Shown one piece after another: positions 1-8,918 of a DNA stretch of 64,000 nt (within the stretch, counting starts at the first letter, position 1; each line of letters starts with the position of its first letter). Source of the DNA: a virus; the IMG/VR virus record IMGVR_UViG_3300017605_001304, positions 64,001-128,000 of that record, one strand, 5' to 3'. The notes beneath the pieces were generated by a model. It was not told the origin of the DNA, did not search any database, and saw nothing but the letters and a program-made list of their open reading frames with translations. Position numbers and translations under genes: made by a program.

Positions 1-673
1 GCTGCAGCGCATTCACGCCGGTCCACTGGACCGCGCTGGAGTCCGTCGACGTGCCGCCGACGTAGCCGCGGATCGAGCCGTCGATGACCGGGAACTGGTC
101 GAGCTTGAACGTCTGGAACGGCTGGCCGTTGCTGCGCGTCGTGAAGGTCTTGCTCTCGCCCTGCGACATGGAGATCGCGAGCGTGGTGGAGGGAAGGCCC
201 GAGTTCACCGAGAACTGCTTGGTGGGGCCGTCCGTGCAGATGATGTTCTGGTCTTCCACGACCTCGAAGATCTGCCCGCCGGTCGAGGTGAGCTTCTGGC
301 CACGCGCCACGGCGAACGCGTCGCCCGTGCTCACGCCCATCGTGCTCGTGTCGACGACCATGTCGACCGATGCGGCGCTGGCAAGGTAGGGCTGGTAACC
401 GACGTTGCGGGCGAGGAGCACGATATTTCGGCGCTGCCGTGCCGTCGCGAGGTACGCCTCGTTCGCGGCCCGGTCCAGGTAGAACGCCTGGGACGCTCCG
501 ATGTAGGCGAAGAGCTCCAGGATCGCAATCCCGAGCTGCGACTCGGTGATGTCCGAGAAGTCGCTGGAGAAGTTGTCCTTCAGGTACTGAGTCAGCGCAA
601 CCTTGATCGAATCGAACTCACGGGCCGTGAAGTCGATGGGCGTCGGCAGTGCGATCGTCGACGAGCTCGCCAT
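1..673 (-). CDS. Baseplate wedge protein, T4 gp6/baseplate J-like (3' end runs off the window)
   Basis: Manual translation from ATG at 673: MASSSTIALPTPIDFTAREFDSIKVALTQYLKDNFSSDFSDITESQLGIAILELFAYIG...YLDRAANEAYLATARQRRNIVLLARNVGY, a gp6-type N-terminus; immediately follows gp25. Confidence 0.85.
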   Translation of the reverse strand, partial: MASSSTIALPTPIDFTAREFDSIKVALTQYLKDNFSSDFSDITESQLGIAILELFAYIGASQAFYLDRAANEAYLATARQRRNIVLLARNVGYQPYLASAASVDMVVDTSTMGVSTGDAFAVARGQKLTSTGGQIFEVVEDQNIICTDGPTKQFSVNSGLPSTTLAISMSQGESKTFTTRSNGQPFQTFKLDQFPVIDGSIRGYVGGTSTDSSAVQWTGVNALQ

Positions 674-1068
674 TAGAGGCTCCCTCCGAATCCTTCAAGC
701 ACCAGCGAGTCCTGGTCGGCGGATTCGTTGATGACGTAAGACATGAACACGTCGAACTCGTGCGTATCGGGATGCGTGATGATCTTCACGTCCTGGATCG
801 TGATCCGCTTTTCCCAGCGCCCGATCGCATCGATCACGTAGGTCCGCGCGAGCTGCTTCAGGACGTCGTCCATCTGGTTGAATACGAGCTCGTGCAGACG
901 ACTACCGAACTCCGGCAGCATCACGCGCTCACCGAGCCGGGTCATCAGGATCATGCGGATGCTGCTCTGGATCAGGTCACGCGTGGTGCGCGTCGAGAAG
1001 TAGCCGCCCGACCACTTCCGGATCGGCAAGACCAGCCCGCGAAAGCGAGCAGCGAAGGACGTGGCCAT
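673..1068 (-). CDS. Baseplate protein, GPW/gp25 family
   Basis: LIQSSIRMILMTRLGERVMLPEFGSRLHELVF...IGRWEKRI signature. Confidence 0.92.
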   Translation of the reverse strand: MATSFAARFRGLVLPIRKWSGGYFSTRTTRDLIQSSIRMILMTRLGERVMLPEFGSRLHELVFNQMDDVLKQLARTYVIDAIGRWEKRITIQDVKIITHPDTHEFDVFMSYVINESADQDSLVLEGFGGSL

Positions 1069-1071
1069 GGT

Positions 1072-1362
1072 TCACCCCACGATGACGTTGGTCGAGCCCG
1101 GCAGGATCGCGTCGAAGCAGTCGGCGAGGTCGCCGGCTCGGACGACGGGGAACCCGCCTGCAAAGACCGTCAGCGACCCGATGAAGAACGCCGGCACAAG
1201 GTGCGTACCCGTAAACGGAAAGTGTGCCGCGGCTGCGACGACGCCTGCGCCATGCGCGACGGCCACGGGGACACCGTTGACCAGCACGGTAGGAACGCCG
1301 GTCGCTGGCAGCACGGCACCGCCGTTCACGTTGTCGAGGCCAACTCGAATGGCACCGGGCAT
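1072..1362 (-). CDS. PAAR-like spike tip protein
   Basis: 96 aa; TVLVNGVPVA, GSLTVFAGGFPVVRAGD and GSTNVIVG repeats; His/Cys metal ligands; directly after the spike gene. Confidence 0.85.
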   Translation of the reverse strand: MPGAIRVGLDNVNGGAVLPATGVPTVLVNGVPVAVAHGAGVVAAAAHFPFTGTHLVPAFFIGSLTVFAGGFPVVRAGDLADCFDAILPGSTNVIVG

Positions 1363-1369
1363 GTGGACC

Positions 1370-2527
1370 TCACGGGTTGAGCGAGATGGTCGGAGCGGTC
1401 ATGGTGATCGACGTGTCGGACGAGATGGTCATCGCGCCGGTGCAGTGCATGTTGATCTGGCCGACGGCTTCGAGAACGATCTGGCCGTTGCCGGCGTGGA
1501 TGTTGATCGCAGCGCCGGCTGCGGCGGCCGAGGTCTCGATCAGGATCTCGCTGGTCTGCGCGGAGCAAGCGACGCGGTAAACCGTGGAGCCGGTGCCCGC
1601 CTGCACGATCACGTAATCGGCCGCCTTGCCGATGATCCCGTTCGAGGCGCTCGTGATCAGGGAGAAGTTGTCGTTGTTGTCCTGCAGCACGAGCTGGACG
1701 TTCTTCTTCGTGTTGACGCGGATCTCGGACACGGTGCCCGAGCCCTTGTCGTTGATGCTGATCACGCCGCCGCCGGTCGACTGCAGCCGGATCTCCGGCT
1801 TGCTCGTGAGGTCGCTCATCGAGAAGGAGTGGCCGCCGTGCGTCACCGACTTCATGGATGGGTCGGCCGTGTCGTCGCTGTAGGTCGTGCGGTGGCCCGA
1901 GACGCTCGTCAGCACGAGCTTGGTCGGCGCCACGTCCCAGAAGGTCAGGTTGTGGCCGGCGCCGCTCTGCAGCTCGAAGCGCTTGCGCGAGGCGTGGTCG
2001 TCTTGGGTCAAGACGTGGAGCTGAGAGGCGAGGACGACGTCGGGCGTCGACGGGCTGTCGTCCAGGAGCAGAAACCGCCCACCCGGGGTGGCGAGCTCGT
2101 GCACCTGGGTCGCGCCCAGGATCGTCTGAGACGCGTTCGAGCCCGGGAAGGCGTTCGTGCCGAGCCCGTTGTTGCTGGCGCTGTCGGCGGCCCGGCCGCG
2201 GACCTCCACGGGGCTCTCCGTCTGCCGGTAGACCGTCCCCAGGCAGATCGGCTTGGACGGGTCCCCGTGGAAGAAGCCGACGACGACCTGGGCGCCCACC
2301 TGGGGCACCCAGTAGGCCCCGGAGCCCGGGGCCCCGCCGAAGCTCACGTACGGCGCCCAGGGCAGGCTCTCGGTCGGCTCCTGGTTCTTGTCCTCGTGGT
2401 GGACCTGAAAGACCCGGATCTTGACCCGCCCCAGGCGCTCGGGGTCCTGGATGTCCTCGACGGTGCCGAAAAAGAGCCCCGTCCAGATGTGCCGGGTGCC
2501 GGAGACCTCTTCGTCGAGCGTGCCCAT
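1370..2527 (-). CDS. Baseplate central spike, gp5/VgrG/GpV-like (OB-fold plus beta-repeat, no lysozyme domain)
   Basis: GTVEDIQDPERLGRVKIRV...LPWA...VPQVGAQVVVGFFHGDPSKPICLG OB-fold motif; S-G-H beta repeats; TITMTAPTISLN C-terminus. Confidence 0.9.
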   Translation of the reverse strand: MGTLDEEVSGTRHIWTGLFFGTVEDIQDPERLGRVKIRVFQVHHEDKNQEPTESLPWAPYVSFGGAPGSGAYWVPQVGAQVVVGFFHGDPSKPICLGTVYRQTESPVEVRGRAADSASNNGLGTNAFPGSNASQTILGATQVHELATPGGRFLLLDDSPSTPDVVLASQLHVLTQDDHASRKRFELQSGAGHNLTFWDVAPTKLVLTSVSGHRTTYSDDTADPSMKSVTHGGHSFSMSDLTSKPEIRLQSTGGGVISINDKGSGTVSEIRVNTKKNVQLVLQDNNDNFSLITSASNGIIGKAADYVIVQAGTGSTVYRVACSAQTSEILIETSAAAAGAAINIHAGNGQIVLEAVGQINMHCTGAMTISSDTSITMTAPTISLNP

Positions 2528-2576
2528 GGGGCTCCTGGTGCGCTTAGGGCGCGGAGAGATTTCTGGAAAATGCCTG

Positions 2577-2604
2577 TTGACCAGACCTGTAATACAGGTA
2601 TCTT
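2577..2604 (+). promoter_or_regulatory. Sigma70-like promoter with palindromic operator in the spacer
   Basis: TTGACC-N16-TATCTT containing ACCTGT-AAT-ACAGGT (2585-2599); near-identical to 52082-52109; upstream of a plus-strand gene island. Confidence 0.75.
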
Positions 2605-2649
2605 CGGGGGCGTTGACGAGGACGACCTGAGCAACCCGAGGAGAGAGCC

Positions 2650-3108
2650 ATGCGAATCGCGATGTCCAAGGCCCAGCAGCTCTGCGATCAGATGCGGGAC
2701 GAGCTGAACGCCGGGATCGAGTTCAACAAGCGGATGTTCGTCGTCCCGATGGCCAACGACGACAACGGGCGCTTCAGCCATGTCGAAGTCCGCTACACCA
2801 AGGTGCTGTGCTCCGGCTCGATCTCCGACGTGTCGCGCTGGATCGGTGGCTTCCGCGCTGGCCTCGTCTTCTCCGGCGCGGCTCCGGTTGAGGTCCCTGC
2901 GCAGCGCGTCTGCTGGATCTTCGAGTGGGAAGGCGGCGGCTTCAACACGGTCATCGCGGCCACGAAGGACGAGGCGCTCACCCTCGCTGGCAAGATCAGC
3001 TCCACGCTCGTCCCGAACGTCGACTCGCTCCGCCCCCACAAGTCCGAGCCCGGCGACAAGTGGGGCCGCGACGTCATCGAGATCCGCTACTCCGGCATGT
3101 GCGACTGA
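2650..3108 (+). CDS. Hypothetical protein (first gene of plus-strand island 1)
   Basis: GAGGAG SD; GC3-biased codons. Confidence 0.7.
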   Translation: MRIAMSKAQQLCDQMRDELNAGIEFNKRMFVVPMANDDNGRFSHVEVRYTKVLCSGSISDVSRWIGGFRAGLVFSGAAPVEVPAQRVCWIFEWEGGGFNTVIAATKDEALTLAGKISSTLVPNVDSLRPHKSEPGDKWGRDVIEIRYSGMCD

Positions 3109-3120
3109 GGAGAAACGACC

Positions 3121-3339
3121 ATGCACCAGACGCAAAACTGGCACACGAAGATCAAGGTCATGCGCGCGACCTCGACCCGCGCCATCAACAAGGCCATCGT
3201 CGAGCTCCGCGCCGAGAGCAAGCGGCTGTGGTCGCTGTACGAGGCCGAGACGGACGCGCTGGTGAAGCACCGGACGCAGCAGAAGTTCTGCGCGCTGGAC
3301 AAGGCGATCAACATGCTCGAAACCGCGAAGGGAGTCTGA
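3121..3339 (+). CDS. Hypothetical helical protein
   Basis: GAGGAG SD; compact packing. Confidence 0.7.
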   Translation: MHQTQNWHTKIKVMRATSTRAINKAIVELRAESKRLWSLYEAETDALVKHRTQQKFCALDKAINMLETAKGV

Positions 3340-3341
3340 CC

Positions 3342-3737
3342 ATGAACACGACGAAGCTGAGCACGTTCTGCCTTCAGGTCTTCCACAACAAGAACGCCTT
3401 CGGCCCGACCCGCGACCTGCCGCCCGAGTTCGTGTGGGCCGCGTGCGTGACGATCGACGCGCCCGTCGGCATCGATCCCGCCGAGCTCTGTGAGATCGCC
3501 TACGCCGCGACGAACTCGGTCGATCACCCGTGGTTCGACCTGCCGGAGTCCGAGAAGGAACGCATCAAGCAGCCGGTGAACGGCACCTGCGTCATCGACG
3601 TACACGCCGTGAGGCCGACGCCGATCCGCTCGACCAGCGTCGGCGACCGCATCAAGATCACTGGCCGCAACGCTCTCTCGCGTCAGGTGTGGGAGGTCGC
3701 GACCTGCGGCTTCGAGCGCGTCCAGGAGAGGAGCTGA
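3342..3737 (+). CDS. Hypothetical protein with RSTSVGD motif (YodL-like small phage domain)
   Basis: YAATN...RSTSVGDRI...WEVATCGF; ATG within a TGACCATG junction. Confidence 0.6.
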   Translation: MNTTKLSTFCLQVFHNKNAFGPTRDLPPEFVWAACVTIDAPVGIDPAELCEIAYAATNSVDHPWFDLPESEKERIKQPVNGTCVIDVHAVRPTPIRSTSVGDRIKITGRNALSRQVWEVATCGFERVQERS

Positions 3738-3739
3738 CC

Positions 3740-3973
3740 GTGGCGAAGAGGAAGTCTCTGGAGGAGAGGTCGGCAGAGCTCCGGGCCAAGAACAAGATTG
3801 GCGAGGACGCGCTCGAACTGCTCGCCGCGACTCTCGGAATCACCGAAGACGAGTTCAAGCGCGACGAGGAGGACCGCCCGCTCCGCCTCATGTGCAGCGG
3901 CCGCTACGTCCACGTGCGCGACGATGTCGTCGCGCTCATCATCGAGAAGTTGAACGCCAAGAAGGGGAGCTGA
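3740..3973 (+). CDS. Hypothetical protein
   Basis: GTG start in GAGCTGACCGTG junction. Confidence 0.65.
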   Translation: MAKRKSLEERSAELRAKNKIGEDALELLAATLGITEDEFKRDEEDRPLRLMCSGRYVHVRDDVVALIIEKLNAKKGS

Positions 3974-3975
3974 CC

Positions 3976-4200
3976 ATGGACATCACCATCCCGATCCGCA
4001 CGGTGGAGATGCGCGTCCGTCCCTGCTGGGCTGACGAGGGGCCTGAAGGGTGGCAAGCGAGCTGGATCATCGTCACGCGGCCCTACGACGGTAGCATCGC
4101 CTACAAAGGCCGCGTCGCTCTGACCCCGGAAGCCGCCGAGGCCAACGCGCGAACGTGGTTGAAGTCCCACGCGAGCGAGTACGTCGAGCAGGAGAGCTGA
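3976..4200 (+). CDS. Hypothetical protein
   Basis: ATG start in GAGCTGACCATG junction. Confidence 0.65.
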   Translation: MDITIPIRTVEMRVRPCWADEGPEGWQASWIIVTRPYDGSIAYKGRVALTPEAAEANARTWLKSHASEYVEQES

Positions 4201-4202
4201 CC

Positions 4203-4430
4203 ATGGCCCACGAGAACACGTCTCCCCAGTGGCGAACGCGGGACACCCGCCTGCCGGACTCGCTCCATCGAGCGATCGAGAAGTACGGCGAAAGCTGCTA
4301 CGACCCGATGGACTGCTCCTACGTGCGACAGGCCGAGAAGGAGAAGACCCAGGCCCGCGGCGAGCTCGAAGCCGCGATCGTGCAGTACGTCGAGGCGAGG
4401 ATCACGCAGGCCCTAGCGTGGAGGAGCTGA
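4203..4430 (+). CDS. Hypothetical protein
   Basis: ATG start in GAGCTGACCATG junction. Confidence 0.65.
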   Translation: MAHENTSPQWRTRDTRLPDSLHRAIEKYGESCYDPMDCSYVRQAEKEKTQARGELEAAIVQYVEARITQALAWRS

Positions 4431-4432
4431 CC

Positions 4433-4675
4433 GTGCGGACCTCGAAAGGCGCGGCGCACCGGCTGCTCGATCAGTTCCGAGCGACCGTGCTCGGGATCCT
4501 GGGACCCGACTACTCGGTCCACCTGAAGTTCAAGGACGTTGGCAAGAGGGTGCTGTTCGACCACTTCATGGTCTGCGATCGCGCCGCGCCGGAGGCGATC
4601 TTCCGCGGCAACGCGGTGGAGGTAGCCGCGTTCATCCGCGGCGTGGGGTACGCGAAGGCCAAGGGCCAACTATGA
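4433..4675 (+). CDS. Hypothetical protein
   Basis: GTG start in GAGCTGACCGTG junction. Confidence 0.65.
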   Translation: MRTSKGAAHRLLDQFRATVLGILGPDYSVHLKFKDVGKRVLFDHFMVCDRAAPEAIFRGNAVEVAAFIRGVGYAKAKGQL

Positions 4676-4902
4676 CCATCGTGAAGAAGGTTCGCTGCGG
4701 CACCTGCCAAGGTCACGGCATCGTGATCATCGGCTACGTGACCGCGAAGACGCCGCCCCGTCCGTACTTCCGCTGCACCGGCTGCAAGACGGAGTGGACG
4801 GCCGGCAACAGCGGCGGGGAATACTTCGCCGCTGCCGTGAAGTACATGAAGAAGAACGGGATCCCGATTCCACCGACGACGCAGGAGGCGCACCCATGCT
4901 GA
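4672..4902 (+). CDS. Small Zn-ribbon protein
   Basis: CGTC...CTGC; ATGA overlap with the previous gene. Confidence 0.65.
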   Translation: MTIVKKVRCGTCQGHGIVIIGYVTAKTPPRPYFRCTGCKTEWTAGNSGGEYFAAAVKYMKKNGIPIPPTTQEAHPC

Positions 4903-5102
4903 AAGCACGCTACCGTGTCGTGATCATCGAGTCCGAGCGTGACTGGGGCCAGAAGGTCGACAGCTACAAGGACTTCAAGTCGCTCGCCGCGGCGAAGAAG
5001 TTCCAGCGTCGGTACAACGCGCAGAACTCGGCCGCCGTGACGCCCGACTGGTACATGGCCGCGCTCGATCCGGAGCTCGTCGACCTGTCGCAGGAGCGCT
5101 GA
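4896..5102 (+). CDS. Hypothetical protein
   Basis: AGGAGG SD; IIESERDWGQKVD...PDWY. Confidence 0.65.
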   Translation: MLKARYRVVIIESERDWGQKVDSYKDFKSLAAAKKFQRRYNAQNSAAVTPDWYMAALDPELVDLSQER

Positions 5103-5104
5103 AC

Positions 5105-5359
5105 ATGGCCTGGGTCATCGTCGCATGGAACGTCGAGAGCATCGTGAAGATGACGTGCGAGCCGCCGGCTCCGTACGATCGGCTGGACGACTTCCTGGCG
5201 TCGAAAGTCTTCGGCCCGTTCGAGAGCGAGTCGGAGTGTTCCGACTACGCCAAGCGGTACGTCCAGTTCACGCGGTACGAGTACAAGGAACTGAAGCCGC
5301 CGTCGTACGAAATCGCTAGTCGAGATGACCGAGGGCTCGACTCATGCGGTCGGGAGTGA
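5105..5359 (+). CDS. Hypothetical protein
   Basis: AGGAG SD; last gene of the island, converging on minus-strand genes. Confidence 0.6.
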   Translation: MAWVIVAWNVESIVKMTCEPPAPYDRLDDFLASKVFGPFESESECSDYAKRYVQFTRYEYKELKPPSYEIASRDDRGLDSCGRE

Positions 5360-5360
5360 T

Positions 5361-5672
5361 TCACTTCGTATCGCGGTCCTCGTAGACCTGCGTCTGGAAC
5401 GTGAAGCGGCAGCGGTTGCAGCGGACCCGCAAGTAGCGGCCGGGCAGGTGGCTGTGCGCCGGCTCCGTCCCCTCGTCGTCCGCGTCGAAGACTTCCATGT
5501 AGGTGACGCGCCACTTCATGGCCGCAGGCGAATCGAACCCACTCTCCTCCTTCCCGCAGCCCGGGCAGTGCGCCGGCCGGGTCCCGAACGGGAGCAACTT
5601 GTAGAGGTAGACCGGCATCGTCACGACGTCGCGCCCGAAGGTCTCCTTCTTCACCGGAGCTCCTCCTCTCAA
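5361..5672 (-). CDS. Zn-ribbon hypothetical protein
   Basis: CPGC...CNRC pairs. Confidence 0.55.
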   Translation of the reverse strand: MRGGAPVKKETFGRDVVTMPVYLYKLLPFGTRPAHCPGCGKEESGFDSPAAMKWRVTYMEVFDADDEGTEPAHSHLPGRYLRVRCNRCRFTFQTQVYEDRDTK

Positions 5673-6265
5673 CCGTCGGCCGTTCGAACACGACGGCGCA
5701 CCTCGACGGGCTTACGCCACTCTTCGAGGAACTCGCTCACCGTCTTGGTCAGGTCCGCGAGCGAGCCGTCGTTCTTGACTTCCATCACGCGCAGGCCCGC
5801 AGGCGCTGGCCAGTAGAAGCGCGAGTCGTTCTTGAACGAGCAGCCCTTGCGGTACATGCGGACGAGCACCGAGTGCTCCAGCCCGAAGTCCTCGATCAGG
5901 GCCGCCGCCTCTTCCGGGAACCCCGAGTCCGAGATGACGAACGTCTCCGATCCCCGGTCCATCCGGAACTTCTGGCTCACGTAGCGCCCGAAGAAGTCCT
6001 CGCCGAGCAGCGGCTTGATGAACTTCTCCGACAACGCGATGTACGCCTGCCGCGGCGTCACGCCCCAGAACCGCGCGTTGGGCGTGTCCTTGATGCCCTC
6101 GAACGCGTTGGACGGGACGCTCAGCTCGAAGACGCGGTGCGTGAGCTCCTTCAGGTACGTCGCGAACTTGTCGACGCGCGTGCGCGGCAGCTTCGCGGCG
6201 ACCATGGCCGCGAACGTATCCTTGCCACAGCCGGGCGGACCGTTGACCAGGACCAGGGTGCGCAT
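5669..6265 (-). CDS. Deoxynucleoside monophosphate kinase-like P-loop protein
   Basis: GPPGCGKDT Walker A; FATYLKE, TPRQ and VISDSGFPEE match phage dNMP kinase motifs. Confidence 0.8.
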   Translation of the reverse strand: MRTLVLVNGPPGCGKDTFAAMVAAKLPRTRVDKFATYLKELTHRVFELSVPSNAFEGIKDTPNARFWGVTPRQAYIALSEKFIKPLLGEDFFGRYVSQKFRMDRGSETFVISDSGFPEEAAALIEDFGLEHSVLVRMYRKGCSFKNDSRFYWPAPAGLRVMEVKNDGSLADLTKTVSEFLEEWRKPVEVRRRVRTADG

Positions 6266-7521
6266 CAGATCGCTCCTTCAGGGACCCTTCGCTTCTGGGA
6301 GTACGGAGCCCGCGGCTCGTACGCGAAGTTGAGCTGAATCGGAAGATCGACGATCGGACCGTTCTTGCGCGTCCAGAGTTGCATACGCTGCTTCGGACGT
6401 CCGCCTGCAGCCAGCTCCGCTCGCGCGTACTCATTATCAGATTCCGGCGTGCCCCCCATGAAGACCATATGCCCGTTCCAATCCCAGCCGAGGAACTGGT
6501 GGAAGTGGCCGATGAAGCAGTGATCCCACGGCTCCGGGATCGTGTCGAGCCAGCCGGCCATCGCGCGCGTGATGCCATAGAACGGCACGCCTGCGAAGCC
6601 CCCGCGGATCCCGAGGTCGCCGTGGATCAACAGGTTCTTATGGCCGAGCAACTCGTCGACGGCATACCAGCCAAGTGAGATGTTCCAGGTGATCTTGCAC
6701 TTTGGCTTGTTCGTCTGCACGAGGGAATCGGTCATCTGCTTCGCGCAGAGGTAGGAGACCGAGTCCCAGTTCGTGTCAGGATGTGAGTTGTCGTGCCGTG
6801 ACCCCGGCCGTCCGTGGTTACCACGGACGCACACGACGTGGATCTTCTCGAAGTACGCCGTCCAGTACATGAGCATCGCGGAGATGATCTTCGGCGCGTT
6901 GATCACGGCCTGCTCCATCACGGAGCTGTCGATCGAGAAGCCCTGGCGCGGGAAGATCGTCTCACCTTCCACGATGTCGCCGCCGAGGTAGACGCGCAGC
7001 TCTTTGATGCCACGCATCTTGTGGTGGACCTGACAGCACGACGCGACCTTGCGCGCGTACTCCATCAGGCGGCCTTGTGCGATCTCGGTCGAGTAGGAAG
7101 CGGTCGTCTTGCCGAGCTGCACATCGGTCACGTGAGCGAGCGCCACGACCTCTTCTCGCTCCGTCGCGTCGAAGCGGATCGGAGGCGGAAGTTCGATCTT
7201 GCCGTCCCAGTTCTGCAGGATGTCCTTCGCGGTAGCGAGGACGATGTCTTGCAGGCCGCCGCCTACACGAGCCTTTTGCCGCAGCGTCCGATTCTCTTTA
7301 CGGAGGAGCTCCAGCTCGGCCGGGATCTCGTGTCGCTGCTGGGTGGCGGCGCGCTTGGCGCCTTCCCGGGCACTCTGCAAGCTCCGCTTGAGCTCCTTGA
7401 GCTGCTTCTGCAGGAGCCGGACCTTCTCTCCCCACTCGTGCCGTGTCCGGGTCCGCCACTCCCGCGCGGCGTGGACCGACCTCATGAGCTCGTTATGTGT
7501 CATTTGAGCAAGTGCTGGCAT
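6265..7521 (-). CDS. Calcineurin-like metallophosphoesterase with N-terminal coiled coil
   Basis: TDVQLG, GDIVEG, GNHGR, HGD and GHFH motifs; start placed at the ATG with an AAGGAG SD. Confidence 0.85.
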   Translation of the reverse strand: MPALAQMTHNELMRSVHAAREWRTRTRHEWGEKVRLLQKQLKELKRSLQSAREGAKRAATQQRHEIPAELELLRKENRTLRQKARVGGGLQDIVLATAKDILQNWDGKIELPPPIRFDATEREEVVALAHVTDVQLGKTTASYSTEIAQGRLMEYARKVASCCQVHHKMRGIKELRVYLGGDIVEGETIFPRQGFSIDSSVMEQAVINAPKIISAMLMYWTAYFEKIHVVCVRGNHGRPGSRHDNSHPDTNWDSVSYLCAKQMTDSLVQTNKPKCKITWNISLGWYAVDELLGHKNLLIHGDLGIRGGFAGVPFYGITRAMAGWLDTIPEPWDHCFIGHFHQFLGWDWNGHMVFMGGTPESDNEYARAELAAGGRPKQRMQLWTRKNGPIVDLPIQLNFAYEPRAPYSQKRRVPEGAI

Positions 7522-7571
7522 CGAAGTCGGACTCCTTCTAAGATGCGGGGCACACACGGAGGGACGAGACC

Positions 7572-7769
7572 ATGGTGGTGATGACGGTGGGTGCTCGGGC
7601 GGTGATCCGCCGGGGCCCGGGGGACTGGCGGATCATCTGCGCGACGTGCCGAGGCGGCGGGTGGACGCCCTACCGCACGCAGGAGCTCGCGCTGGCCTCC
7701 GCCACGCGCGCCTCCGCGAACCCGTGCCCGGTGAAGATGTCGCCCTGCCGGATGCGGGGGCGGCCATGA
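7572..7769 (+). CDS. Small Cys-containing hypothetical protein
   Basis: GGAGG SD; CATC motif. Confidence 0.5.
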   Translation: MVVMTVGARAVIRRGPGDWRIICATCRGGGWTPYRTQELALASATRASANPCPVKMSPCRMRGRP

Positions 7770-7981
7770 GAATCGTGAAGCTGCAGACCTCGGTCTACAG
7801 CTCGGACCGTGTCCAGCGCGTGCTGGCGTACGACATGCTGCTAACGATTCAGCACGAGCAGCCCGTCACCTCGGATATCCTGAAACTCCTGCGAGGCCGC
7901 CCGAAGGCGTTCTTCTTTGCAGAGGTAGACGCGAAGGGTATGCTCCAGCTTCACGAGGAGGCGCCATGGCAAGAGTGGTAA
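7766..7981 (+). CDS. Hypothetical protein
   Basis: ATGA overlap; MRIVKLQ...EEAPWQEW. Confidence 0.6.
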   Translation: MRIVKLQTSVYSSDRVQRVLAYDMLLTIQHEQPVTSDILKLLRGRPKAFFFAEVDAKGMLQLHEEAPWQEW

Positions 7982-8137
7982 ACCTACGGCCGTACTTCGA
8001 GCCGCTCACGTGGCCGTGGCGCGCGCTGAAGTGGCTGTTCCGCCGCAACCTGCCGATGAGCTGAAGGAGGAGCCGAGAGGGGTCCCTTGCAGGACCGCCC
8101 CAGCTCCTGTAGTCTTCAGGCAAGTGGAGGACTGAGC

Positions 8138-8443
8138 ATGGCAAAGATCCGAGTCTGGCTGGACGATGAGAAGCCGCTCCCGGCGGGCTTCGACGTGCGC
8201 GTGTGCACGGAGTACGAGGCGATCGCGATCCTGCAGGAGCAGGACGTCACGCTGATCAGCCTCGACGGCGACCTGGGCGAGGGCCACGGCAGCGGCTTCG
8301 GCGTCGCCCGCTTCCTCTCCGAGATGTGGGACCAGGACCAGATGCTCGACGTCACGGTCGAGTGCCACTCGCAGAACCCGGTCGAGGCGGCCGCGATCAA
8401 GCGGCTCATGACGCGCTCGGCCGAGCGCCAGAGCGAGAAGTGA
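8138..8443 (+). CDS. Cyclic-phosphate-processing receiver-like (cREC) domain protein
   Basis: VWLDDEKP...AIAIL...ISLDGDLG...GFGV...HSQNP pattern; GGAGG SD. Confidence 0.75.
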   Translation: MAKIRVWLDDEKPLPAGFDVRVCTEYEAIAILQEQDVTLISLDGDLGEGHGSGFGVARFLSEMWDQDQMLDVTVECHSQNPVEAAAIKRLMTRSAERQSEK

Positions 8444-8444
8444 C

Positions 8445-8669
8445 ATGAAGACGCCGTTCAAGGCGAAGCGGGGCCCACGCGAAGTCCTGAGCGAGGCGCT
8501 CGAAGTTCGCGAGCGTGCGCAGATCGCGATCCGTCCCCTCATGACGCCCGAGGACCGCGCGGAGTCGATCCTCGAAATCGAGGAGGCGAAGCTCTTCCTC
8601 GCCAACTCCTGCTTCGTGAACCCGATCCCGATCAAGGTGCAGCCCTTCGTCATCGACGCCGAAGAGTGA
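8445..8669 (+). CDS. Hypothetical protein
   Basis: Compact packing; codon bias. Confidence 0.55.
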   Translation: MKTPFKAKRGPREVLSEALEVRERAQIAIRPLMTPEDRAESILEIEEAKLFLANSCFVNPIPIKVQPFVIDAEE

Positions 8670-8679
8670 GAATCGAGCC

Positions 8680-8916
8680 GTGCTCGACAGCCCGTTCAAT
8701 CGAGTGGTGCAAGCCTGCTTGTATGCCCCAACCTGTCCGTTCGCGCACGCGGTGCCGGGTAAGGGCGCGGACGCGCTCGATTACCTAAAGGCCCTTGGCG
8801 TCGGGAGCCTCGCAGCAAACTACGTACTCGACAAGATTGGCTCGGCCGTGACGCTGTCGAACGAACCGGAGACCATGCGGCTCGTCCTGCCCGTGCTTTG
8901 CCCGCCGAGGTTCTGA
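8680..8916 (+). CDS. Paralogue 1 of an ~80-aa tandem triplet
   Basis: PFNR...LDKIG...EPETM...PPRF. Confidence 0.65.
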   Translation: MLDSPFNRVVQACLYAPTCPFAHAVPGKGADALDYLKALGVGSLAANYVLDKIGSAVTLSNEPETMRLVLPVLCPPRF

Positions 8917-8918
8917 CC

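Noticed and set aside
2585-2599. SOS/LexA box
   Set aside because: Spacing is CTGT-N3-ACAG, not the gammaproteobacterial CTGT-N8-ACAG; a LexA of another phylum cannot be excluded but is unsupported
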